Assembly (NCBI GenBank): GCA_050015075.1
Contig: JBEKCB010000006.1
Coordinates: forward strand, 121,581-185,580
Length of the DNA stretch: 64,000 nt
Direction: 5' to 3'
DNA from: Candidatus Brocadiia bacterium
Lineage (GTDB): Bacteria; Planctomycetota; Brocadiia; CAIUPP01
Shown here: piece by piece, positions 38,391 to 46,763 of the stretch
How the letters are laid out: each line of letters begins with the position of its first letter
Numbering within the stretch: position 1 is the first letter of the stretch
Made by a program: the position numbers and the translations under genes
The notes under the pieces: model-generated
What the model was told of the DNA's origin: nothing
Database searches by the model: none
The model's input: only the letters and a program-made list of their open reading frames with translations

Positions 38391-39734
38391 TCAGTCCCCT
38401 TCCTTCCGCAGCGGCGCGAAGACTTTTCGGACCGCCTCGAAGCTTGCGCTTCCCGGGCGCTTGTCAAGGCAGTAGGTCACAATGCCCTCGATCCGGCCCT
38501 CGCGCGCCAGGTCGGCCAGCATCCGGACGCGGCTGGAGATGTTCTCCGGAGTGCCTTCCTCGTTGTACCGCATCTTGTACTCGGCCGCCTCGCCTGCCGG
38601 CATCACGATCAGCGGAAGCCGGTATCGTCCGGCGGCCGACCGCGCGGGCACGAACTTCACCGAAAAGTCTCCCGCGACATCCACGCGCCAGGCGGCTTCG
38701 TGCCCCAGGTCCGCGTCATTCAACTCCAGGCCGCGCGCAGCCAGCTCTTCGAACGAAGCCTCGATCCCGAAGTTGCTGACGCCCTTCGCGTCGAATAATC
38801 CCACGCTCAACTTGACGCTCCGCTTGCCGCTGACGGCCTTCGCAAGTTGAACGGTCGCGACCCCGTTGTCATGCCCGGCAACGTCTTCGTCCCAAACGAC
38901 CTGGTCGTCCACGCGCACCTGGAGCCGATGATATCCCTGTGTGGGGCCTTGATAACCATGGCGGTAATGGAAACTCAGCACGGCATCCTTGCCCGCGATC
39001 ACTCGCGCCTCCTGGACCACGAAGGCGCGCTGGCCCGGCTGCGACGGCGTGTTCGGCGGGAAAGCGATTTGGACCGAGGCGGGCGTGTGCCATCGGCCCT
39101 CCAGAAATTCCAAGGCCCACTCCACCGCGGCGCGGTCAGGCGGATACGCGGCGACGACGCCGTCGCTCAGCGGCGCGAGGATGTCCACGAACCGGACACC
39201 GATCTCGTTGAAGTACATCAACGGGTAGAATTTGAGCCTCGGGTTGACGGCCTTGCCGGCGGCGACCATGCGGCGAATGTACTCGGGCGAGAACCGGCCC
39301 GGCGCGACGTTTTCCCAGAAATCGTCAATGACATATCCGACCAGGTTCGGGTGCTTAAGCGACAGCTTGGCGATCTCTTCGGCCCAGCGGACGTAGTCGA
39401 GGCGAAACGGTTCCGAATAAGACTCGCGCGGATTCTGGGCAGGCGTTTCGGAGTACGGCACCAGGTAAACCCACACGTTGATCCCGGCGCGCTCCGCTTT
39501 GGGCAGGAAGAGCTTCAGGTCGTCCCAGTCATTGGCGCTGTGCAGGACGAGCCACATGTAGGTATTCGCGCCGAGGTCGCCCAGGCGCCGCACCAGGAGG
39601 TCGGAATCCACGTGACCGCCGGCGCGTGGTTCGGAGTCATAATCGCCGAGCGCGAGCGGCTCCTTCGTCTGCGCACAGGCCGCACAGGCGAGGGTCAGCG
39701 CGAAGGACAGGCAGATGTTTCTCAGGCCGGGCAT
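38391..39734 (-). CDS. Secreted hypothetical protein (PNLVGYVIDDFW motif)
   Basis: Signal-like N-terminus; motif shared with 11623-12459. Confidence 0.75.
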   Translation of the reverse strand: MPGLRNICLSFALTLACAACAQTKEPLALGDYDSEPRAGGHVDSDLLVRRLGDLGANTYMWLVLHSANDWDDLKLFLPKAERAGINVWVYLVPYSETPAQNPRESYSEPFRLDYVRWAEEIAKLSLKHPNLVGYVIDDFWENVAPGRFSPEYIRRMVAAGKAVNPRLKFYPLMYFNEIGVRFVDILAPLSDGVVAAYPPDRAAVEWALEFLEGRWHTPASVQIAFPPNTPSQPGQRAFVVQEARVIAGKDAVLSFHYRHGYQGPTQGYHRLQVRVDDQVVWDEDVAGHDNGVATVQLAKAVSGKRSVKLSVGLFDAKGVSNFGIEASFEELAARGLELNDADLGHEAAWRVDVAGDFSVKFVPARSAAGRYRLPLIVMPAGEAAEYKMRYNEEGTPENISSRVRMLADLAREGRIEGIVTYCLDKRPGSASFEAVRKVFAPLRKEGD

Positions 39735-39747
39735 GGCTTTTTTGCGG

Positions 39748-39776
39748 ATTTTGACCGTCAGAATCCCGCTTGTCAA
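39748..39776 (-). promoter_or_regulatory. Promoter/operator copy 3
   Basis: TTGACA-17bp-CAAAAT containing ggattttgac-c-gtcagaatcc. Confidence 0.7.
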
Positions 39777-39844
39777 ATGATTCATGCGACGGCAACCCGC
39801 CAGGGCGCGCGCGACATCGTCGGCGCGGATGAGGTCGGCGACAA

Positions 39845-40546
39845 CTACTTCGGCGCCGGCGTCCGCGCGGGAAGGTCCTCGCAGGTTTTCTCGATCGCGG
39901 ACCGCATATATTTGGCCATGTCCGGCTGCAGGGCTTCACCCGCTGTGCCGCCGGGCGCGGCGCCGGCGATTCCGCCGATGACCGGCACGGGCGTCTTTTC
40001 GATCACCGCGCCGGGGCCCGATTCGGGCGCCGCGATTCCGTAAGCTTCCATCACGTCGTTCAGAGTGACGACCCCCTTGCCGACCCAGAGCAGCGTGCCG
40101 GTCTGCACGTCCGACATCTCGGCCTTCATAGTGATATCCACTTCGTCCTCGTCCGCGTAGCCGTACCTGGCGCGCCAATGCTCGCCGGTGGGCATGTGCA
40201 CGTTGACGACGATCACGGCGGAGACCTTGTGGCCGGCCAGCTTCGCGCGTCCCTCCGGGCCGGTGATGCCGGAGGCATTCCGGAACGCGGCGTCGTTGCT
40301 CAGGTCCGCGAGGTTGCCGCGGTCCATCACGTCGTAGTTTTTCTGAAGGACGTGCAGGGCGAACAAATCGGCGACCTCCTGCTGCTGCGCCGGGCTGCCG
40401 GCGTTCATCGTGATGAGCACGGCGACTTTACCGACGGACTGGAAGTCGTAACCCGGCTGCACGAAGCCCGTTGAGCATGCCGTCAGCGCGCCCAGACCGG
40501 CGCACAGCGCGATAATCGTCCACGTCCTGAAGTGCTTCATGTTCAT
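39845..40546 (-). CDS. Lipoprotein, CsgG/LpoB-like fold possible
   Basis: LTAC lipobox; YDVMDR and DVQTGTLLWVG segments. Confidence 0.7.
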   Translation of the reverse strand: MNMKHFRTWTIIALCAGLGALTACSTGFVQPGYDFQSVGKVAVLITMNAGSPAQQQEVADLFALHVLQKNYDVMDRGNLADLSNDAAFRNASGITGPEGRAKLAGHKVSAVIVVNVHMPTGEHWRARYGYADEDEVDITMKAEMSDVQTGTLLWVGKGVVTLNDVMEAYGIAAPESGPGAVIEKTPVPVIGGIAGAAPGGTAGEALQPDMAKYMRSAIEKTCEDLPARTPAPK

Positions 40547-40767
40547 CTCCCTTCAGCAGAACTTCCCATTTGACCTTACTCCAAAGGACGGTTAACTTTC
40601 AAACTTGAGACTATAGGATTGAATTACCCCTGTCAATTAGTTTCCTGAAGTTCCGCGGCCCCTGCTTAGCTTATCCTTCTAACTGCGTATGGTGTCTCTG
40701 ACCCGCAACCTTGAAGTGCTGCCAGTCGCTTGATACCATGACTCAAACCCCGGAATAAGGAACATTG

Positions 40768-42240
40768 ATGAAAACGAATATCATCCTTGCAACTTTCTGC
40801 GGCCTCATTTCCACGGCATTGACGGCGGCGCCCGCGGCGCCGAGCGAACCGCCGACGAACCTCAGCAGTGTGACGATCACCGTCAGCTCGCAACCCCGGC
40901 AAACTTTCGCGGGGCTTGGAGCGAGCTGTTTCGGAGGCGGCGACTACATGCAGCTTACTCCCGAGCGACGCGCGGAACTCAATGATCTGGTCTGGCGTCA
41001 GGCGCGGTTCAACACCATGCGGATTTGGCTCCATCTCAAAAAATATGCGCCTGCGCCCGACCAACGCCGTTTCAAGGATGCATTTCCCGACACGGATGCA
41101 ACTCTGGTCCGCGATGCGCAGGCCGCGGGCGTCAAGCATCTGGTGCTCGGGCCTAGCGCCATACCGGGCTACTTGATGGACCGGCTGCCGAGGAAAGGCC
41201 AGGACGGAAATGGACAGTCCGTCGAACCCTATCCGAAGTCGGACCAATTTGACGAGCACGCGGCCATCATCGCGGATTTCATTCGCGATTTGCGGGAGCA
41301 GGATCACATCGCCGTTGAGGCCACCGGCATTCAGAACGAACCGAACGATCCCAACGATTGTGTGTTCACGCCCGAAGACGTCGTCCGAAGCGTCAAGCTG
41401 CTGCGCGCCGCGCTCGATTCCCGCGGCCTGCAGCAGGTGAAGATCATCGCCCCGGAATCGGTCGGCTGCAATGCTCCCGCCGTCGCCCAGGCGGACGCGC
41501 TCAAGGCCGATGAAGCCGCCTGGAAAGCACTCGGCGGCATTGCCTTGCACGACTACGACGGGGGCGCCACCGAACGGTGGACCGACACCCCTGCCGGCGC
41601 CGGCAAGGACTGTTGGATGACCGAATTTTGCCTGGGCGGGCCCGAGGAACCGGGCGATTTCTTTCGCGCCTCGGCAGAGGCCGCGGCGTTCCTCTCCGAC
41701 ATGAACCACCGCGTCAATTACTGGATTCATTTCATCGGTTATCTCAGCAACGATCCAAACGACAACGGAACCCGGCTCATCGCTTTTTACAACGGTAGCG
41801 TCGCCGGCAACGCGTGGATCAAGGTTTTCGAGCCGTACTGCTACCTTCAACAGCTCGGTCAAACATTCGATGCAGGCGCCGTCTTCCGGCAGTCCATCAG
41901 CTCGCTGGAGAACGAAATGACGTGGGCGCGCGACAGCAAGCCGCGCCTCGTTGCTGCGGCGGCCCGGAATCCCGATGGCTCATGGAGCATCGGCATTTCA
42001 GACTTCACATCGGATGCTTTTCCCCAGCATTTCTGGTACCCCGGCAAGCCGGCGCAGAGCTTTGCTGTTACCGTCAAAGTTGAGGAACTGGCCAAAGCCG
42101 GCGAACTCCGTTTTGAGGTCCGCCGCAGCGGCCCGCAGATCAAAAACTCCCGTCAGGAACCCGCGACCATGAGTAACGGTCAACTGACGATCACGATCAA
42201 CCCGCTCGAACTCGTCACACTAAGGTCCACGAGCCCATAG
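40768..42240 (+). CDS. Secreted GH30/GH59-like glycoside hydrolase
   Basis: QTFAGLGAS, GIQNEP, WMTEF; C-terminal beta domain. Confidence 0.75.
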   Translation: MKTNIILATFCGLISTALTAAPAAPSEPPTNLSSVTITVSSQPRQTFAGLGASCFGGGDYMQLTPERRAELNDLVWRQARFNTMRIWLHLKKYAPAPDQRRFKDAFPDTDATLVRDAQAAGVKHLVLGPSAIPGYLMDRLPRKGQDGNGQSVEPYPKSDQFDEHAAIIADFIRDLREQDHIAVEATGIQNEPNDPNDCVFTPEDVVRSVKLLRAALDSRGLQQVKIIAPESVGCNAPAVAQADALKADEAAWKALGGIALHDYDGGATERWTDTPAGAGKDCWMTEFCLGGPEEPGDFFRASAEAAAFLSDMNHRVNYWIHFIGYLSNDPNDNGTRLIAFYNGSVAGNAWIKVFEPYCYLQQLGQTFDAGAVFRQSISSLENEMTWARDSKPRLVAAAARNPDGSWSIGISDFTSDAFPQHFWYPGKPAQSFAVTVKVEELAKAGELRFEVRRSGPQIKNSRQEPATMSNGQLTITINPLELVTLRSTSP

Positions 42241-42489
42241 TTCCGCACTTTTGGTTTAAGAACGGGCAGGAAGAGCCCGGCGCCGTGTCGCAGGAGCCAT
42301 CACGCCGCTATGGATTCGACTACACATGCCGGCTGTTCGCATACTCCTCACGCAAAGCGTACCCGCTGCAACGCATTATCTTTTTGGCACTTGCGATTTC
42401 AGGTCCTTCCGGCCAGTAAACAGGTACGGCGTTTGCTAACCGACCGTCAGCGAGGTGGTTTTGGGCAATTCGGGGAAAGGAGAACCGCC

Positions 42490-42909
42490 ATGCTTAAGCT
42501 CATGACGTTGGTTGTGGGAGTGGCAGCGCTGTGCGGGACGATGGCGTTTGCGCAAACGAGCGCGCCCGCGACCACGGCGGGCGAGAATCCGGAAGGCCGC
42601 TTCAGGCCACCGCCTCCCGGCGGCGACCCCGAGATGCAGCTCATTATTAACGCGATCAGAGATGCCGCGCAGAATCCGGCGCTGGTGCCGCTTCTGAACC
42701 AGGCGCTGACGGACCGGACGACGCTCCTTCAGTCGGAGATCGCCCGGGTGGCGCAACTCCAGGCGCTCTTGACGGCGATTCAGGGCGGCAATAAGGCCGC
42801 CATCCAGTCAGCCCGCGAAGCTTTGAGGACCGCCTCGGAAACAGTCGAGGCCAACATGAAGACTTTCCGGGAGGATTGCAGGGCGATACGCGAGCACATG
42901 CGTCGCTAG
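42490..42909 (+). CDS. Small secreted helical protein
   Basis: AAGGAG RBS; signal peptide ending AFA. Confidence 0.7.
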   Translation: MLKLMTLVVGVAALCGTMAFAQTSAPATTAGENPEGRFRPPPPGGDPEMQLIINAIRDAAQNPALVPLLNQALTDRTTLLQSEIARVAQLQALLTAIQGGNKAAIQSAREALRTASETVEANMKTFREDCRAIREHMRR

Positions 42910-42984
42910 GCGCGCGTCGCGGACTGCCGGCTCGACAACCGCCGCTGCCGGCGCCCGATAATTCGCTCGCGCGAGTTTAATACG

Positions 42985-43024
42985 GAAGCGGGGAGAGGAT
43001 TATTCCTCTCCCCGCTTCGTTTTT
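42985..43024 (+). terminator. Rho-independent terminator
   Basis: gaagcggggagagga / tcctctccccgcttc stem followed by a T tract. Confidence 0.85.
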
Positions 43025-43211
43025 AACCGGGGTTTCCCATCTGTCCGCAGGTGCTATTTTTGCTTTCCGACGAGTTGCGGTATTACAATAAGTGTCCTGC
43101 GATTTCGTCCGGGTGGGCGTGGTTCACTGTCCCTGAAGGAATCCACCCGGCGAGGGTCCTGGCGGCGGAAGCCCTCCGCGTGGGGGAAAAGTCTGATGAA
43201 GGAGGCGTGAA

Positions 43212-43583
43212 ATGGGACGCAAAGGCTGGATTTTATTGGCCGTATGCGTGGCGGCGGTAGTGGTCGGAGCGATCCTTTACGTGCGCTCCGGCAATGACAC
43301 GTGGGTGGTCCGGAAGGTCCAACCGCATGTCAAGGCGCCTGCGACTGCGCCGGTCGCCGACACCGGCGGAACTCAAGCACCCCAAGCCGCAACGGCCCAA
43401 CCCGTCCAGGCCGCGCGCGTTGTGACCTACACGGTCAGAAGAGGCGACACCCTCGGAGCGATCAGTCGCCGGTTCCTCGGCAGTTCCTTGAAGTGGCGCG
43501 CCATCGCCAACGAGAACGGCATCCGGGGCGAGTTCATCAAACCGGGCATGAAGCTGCACATCACGGTTGTCACCGCGACTTAA
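43212..43583 (+). CDS. Membrane-anchored LysM domain protein
   Basis: N-terminal TM segment; YTVRRGDTLGAISRRF...IANENGI...IKPGMKL. Confidence 0.9.
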   Translation: MGRKGWILLAVCVAAVVVGAILYVRSGNDTWVVRKVQPHVKAPATAPVADTGGTQAPQAATAQPVQAARVVTYTVRRGDTLGAISRRFLGSSLKWRAIANENGIRGEFIKPGMKLHITVVTAT

Positions 43584-43614
43584 GCGCGCGCCGGGAAATG
43601 TTCCGGCGGCGGCT

Positions 43615-44298
43615 CTACCCGCCCTTCGCCTCGCTCCGCAGACGAGTGACCAGCGCGTGCGCGCGGCGGATCGGCTCGGTGACGCGGTAACCGGCGCAGC
43701 AGGCGATGACAAGCCGGATCGAATCGGCCAGGTTGGACTTGTGCCCCGCCGAGACGAACAGCGGCTTGACGTTGCGCCGCGTTCGCAGGACCGCGCCGAT
43801 GACGCGGCCGTCGAGCCTGAGCGGCGCGTGGTCGCTCGGCGCCGGGCCCGGTTCCGCAGCCTCGCCGATGAGGCGGCTCTTCGCGCAGCCGACCGTGGGG
43901 GCGTCGAGCCATAATCCGATGTGCGCCGCGAGGCCCATCCCGCGCGGATGCGCGCGCCCCTGCCCGTCGAAAATCGCCGCATCCCACCGGCTCCGAAGCC
44001 GCTTGAACGCCGCGAGCACCGCCGGCGCCTCCCGGAACGTCAGCAGGCCCGGCACGTACGGATAGCGCGCGCGCCGCACGACCCAGCTTTCGGCGACGGT
44101 CTCCAGCCCCGGCAGGCGCAGAACCACGACGGCCGCGATGAGATCATTCGTCTGCTTCGCGTATGAAATGTCCGCGCCGGCGACAAACTCCGGCCAAGGC
44201 CGTATGGGGCAATCCACGATCCGATCGCGCAGCCGCGTCTGAAGCGCGATGGCCCTCTTCGGCGACAGCCGCCATGAATGCAGAGAAGCGGTTCTCAC
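43615..44298 (-). CDS. nfi: Endonuclease V
   Basis: GADISY, YVPGLLTFRE, DGQGRAHPR, GCAKS, VSAGH. Confidence 0.95.
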   Translation of the reverse strand: MRTASLHSWRLSPKRAIALQTRLRDRIVDCPIRPWPEFVAGADISYAKQTNDLIAAVVVLRLPGLETVAESWVVRRARYPYVPGLLTFREAPAVLAAFKRLRSRWDAAIFDGQGRAHPRGMGLAAHIGLWLDAPTVGCAKSRLIGEAAEPGPAPSDHAPLRLDGRVIGAVLRTRRNVKPLFVSAGHKSNLADSIRLVIACCAGYRVTEPIRRAHALVTRLRSEAKGG

Positions 44299-44325
44299 GA
44301 AGACACCCCCGAAAGAGACGAATAC

Positions 44326-44455
44326 TTTGACCGCGAAAGCGCGAAAAAACTAAGGAAATCCCGTCGGTGCTTTTTCCTATTTCGCGCTTTCGCGTTTTCG
44401 CGGTCAAAAACGTCGTTGATTTTCCGTTTTCTGAGCTTTCGGTTTTCGTGGTTAA
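44326..44455. repeat. Intergenic palindromic repeat (CGCGAAA/TTTCGCG units)
   Basis: tttgaccgcgaaagcgcgaaa ... tttcgcgctttcgcgttttcgcggtcaaa, plus a degenerate extra half. Confidence 0.65.
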
Positions 44456-45507
44456 ATTCGAAGATGTTTGCGGATCTTCTGGGCGTTCGGGCGCCGGATG
44501 ATGCCGCGTTCGGTGATGATCGCCGCGATGAGCCGGGCCGGGGTGACGTCGAACGCCGGGTTGTACACTCGCACGCCCGCAGGCGCGGTGCGGCGGCCGA
44601 AGCCGTCAGTGATTTCCTCGGCGGCGCGCTGCTCGATCGGGATCTTCGATCCGTCAGCGATGGAGAGGTCGAACGTGGAGGACGGCGCGGCGACGTAGAA
44701 CGGAATCTTGTGCGCGTGCGCCAGGACGGCGACCGAGTACGTGCCGATCTTGTTGGCGGTGTCGCCGTTGGCGGCGATGCGGTCCGCGCCGACGATCACG
44801 CGCTGCACGCGCCCCTCGCGCATCACCTGCGCGGCCATATTGTCGCAGATCAGCGTCATCTCGACGCCGGCCTGCGTCAGTTCCCAGGCCGTCAGCCGCG
44901 AGCCCTGGAGCAGCGGGCGCGTCTCGTCCACGAAGATGTGCAGCCGCTTGCCCATCTCGTGCGCGACGAAGACCGCGCTCAGCGCCGTGCCATATTCGGC
45001 CGTCGCCAGCGCGCCGGCGTTGCAGTGAGTCAGCACGCCGTCGCCGCTCCTGAAGAGCGCCGCGCCGTGCTCGCCGATGGCGCGGCACATGGCCGCGTCC
45101 TCGTCGCGGATGCGCTTCGCCTCGTCGAGCAGGCGCTGCTTCAACGCCGCCGCGTCGAGCGACGAATTCTCCTCGGCGACGCGCACCATCCGGTCGAGCG
45201 CCCAACTTAAGTTGACCGCCGTCGGACGCGCCGACGCGAGTTGCGCCGCCACGCGCTTCAGCTCGGCGACGAGTTCCCGCGAGTTCGCGCGGGCGAGTTT
45301 CCGGATGCCCAGCACGGCGCCCATCGCCCCGGCGATGCCGATTGCGGGCGCGCCGCGCACCTGCAGGCGGCGGATCGCCTCGAAGACTTGCTCAGGCGTG
45401 CGGCATTCCATCATCCGCACTTCGCCCGGCAGCGTCGTCTGGTCAATGATTCGCAGGCAGCCGTCGAGTCCGCCGATCCATTCCACCGCGAGAAGCTTTT
45501 TCCGCAA
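44452..45507 (-). CDS. mtnA: S-methyl-5-thioribose-1-phosphate isomerase
   Basis: VRGAPAIG, RPTAVNL, THCNAG, DETRPLLQG, NKIGTY, NPAFDVTP. Confidence 0.95.
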   Translation of the reverse strand: MRKKLLAVEWIGGLDGCLRIIDQTTLPGEVRMMECRTPEQVFEAIRRLQVRGAPAIGIAGAMGAVLGIRKLARANSRELVAELKRVAAQLASARPTAVNLSWALDRMVRVAEENSSLDAAALKQRLLDEAKRIRDEDAAMCRAIGEHGAALFRSGDGVLTHCNAGALATAEYGTALSAVFVAHEMGKRLHIFVDETRPLLQGSRLTAWELTQAGVEMTLICDNMAAQVMREGRVQRVIVGADRIAANGDTANKIGTYSVAVLAHAHKIPFYVAAPSSTFDLSIADGSKIPIEQRAAEEITDGFGRRTAPAGVRVYNPAFDVTPARLIAAIITERGIIRRPNAQKIRKHLRI

Positions 45508-45664
45508 GGCCGTCCCTCCTCATCGCGAAACCCCGCTCATTAAATCACCACGCCGCCCGTCCGGTCAACTCGCAGCAGTGGAAAGGCGGGCCGCAGGTTC
45601 CTATAATGCACGCGCGAAAGCTCCCGACGCCGAATGAACTGGACATTGATCGAGCAACCTTGAA

Positions 45665-46762
45665 ATGATCGGCTTCCTGATACTGCTGGTGGCGGCCTCG
45701 ATGGCGATCTCGCTGTTCGGGACGCTGCTGGTGATGCGGTATGCGCCGCGCCTGGGCCTGGTCGCGCACCCCGGCGGGCGGATGATCCACAAGCAGCCGA
45801 CGCCGGTCGGCGGCGGGACGGCGATCTTCCTCGGCCTGTGGCTGCCGATCTGGATTTCCGTGGCGTTCTGTTTCTATCTGCGCGCGGCCAACTTCCCGGC
45901 GACGCTGCCGATCCCGGAGAACCTGAAGATCCAAGTGATGGGCGTCTTGGACAAGGCGCCGCAACTGGCGATGATCTTCCTCGGCGGCGTGATCGTGTAC
46001 CTGGTCGGGCTGGCCGATGACCGATGGAGCCTGTCGCCGTGGCTGCGGCTGGTGATCGAGGTCGGCGTGGCGCTGATGCTGGTGCTGAGCGGCGTCAGCG
46101 TCGAGCTTTTCTTCGAGAGCCGCATCCTCCGCGGCGTGATCACCGTGGTCTGGATCGTGGCCCTGATCAACTCCTTCAACTTCCTGGACAACATGGACGG
46201 CCTGAGCGCTGGCGTGGCGGCGATCATCGCGGTGTTCTTCAGCGTGGTGGCGTTCCAGACCGTGCACTACTTCGTCGGCGGCGCGCTGTGCTGCTTGATC
46301 GGCGCGCTGATGGGGTTCCTGGTGTTCAACTTCCCGCCGGCGAGCCTCTTCATGGGCGACTGCGGCTCGATGACGATCGGGTATTCGCTCGCCGTGCTCA
46401 CCGTTCAGTTCACGTTCTTCCAGGCGGAGCGGCCCTATTTTGCGATCGTGGTGCCGTTGATGATGTTCGGCGTGCCGCTGTTCGATACGATCACGGTCAT
46501 GTGGATCCGAATCCGGTCCGGCCGCTCGCCGTTCATAGGCGACACGAACCATTTCTCGCACCGGCTGGTGGCGCTGGGGATGAAGCCGTGGCAGGCGGTG
46601 CTGACGATCTACCTGGTGACGGCGACCGTAGCCCTCGGCGTGACGGTCCTCTACTACATGGCCAGCTCCGTGGCGATCCTGGTCATCTTCGCGCAGACGG
46701 TGGCGGTCTTTACCATTATCGGAATCCTGGAAACGACCGGCCGGCGGAAGAGCGGCGCATGA
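45665..46762 (+). CDS. MraY/WecA-family polyprenyl-phosphate HexNAc-1-phosphate transferase
   Basis: GLADD, NFLDNMDGL, FMGDCGS, HFSHRL. Confidence 0.9.
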   Translation: MIGFLILLVAASMAISLFGTLLVMRYAPRLGLVAHPGGRMIHKQPTPVGGGTAIFLGLWLPIWISVAFCFYLRAANFPATLPIPENLKIQVMGVLDKAPQLAMIFLGGVIVYLVGLADDRWSLSPWLRLVIEVGVALMLVLSGVSVELFFESRILRGVITVVWIVALINSFNFLDNMDGLSAGVAAIIAVFFSVVAFQTVHYFVGGALCCLIGALMGFLVFNFPPASLFMGDCGSMTIGYSLAVLTVQFTFFQAERPYFAIVVPLMMFGVPLFDTITVMWIRIRSGRSPFIGDTNHFSHRLVALGMKPWQAVLTIYLVTATVALGVTVLYYMASSVAILVIFAQTVAVFTIIGILETTGRRKSGA

Positions 46763-46763
46763 C

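Noticed and set aside
27271-43024. Integrative island at tRNA-Gln
   Set aside because: No integrase and no duplicated tRNA 3' end (att site) seen; the accessory character is noted but the mechanism is unsupported
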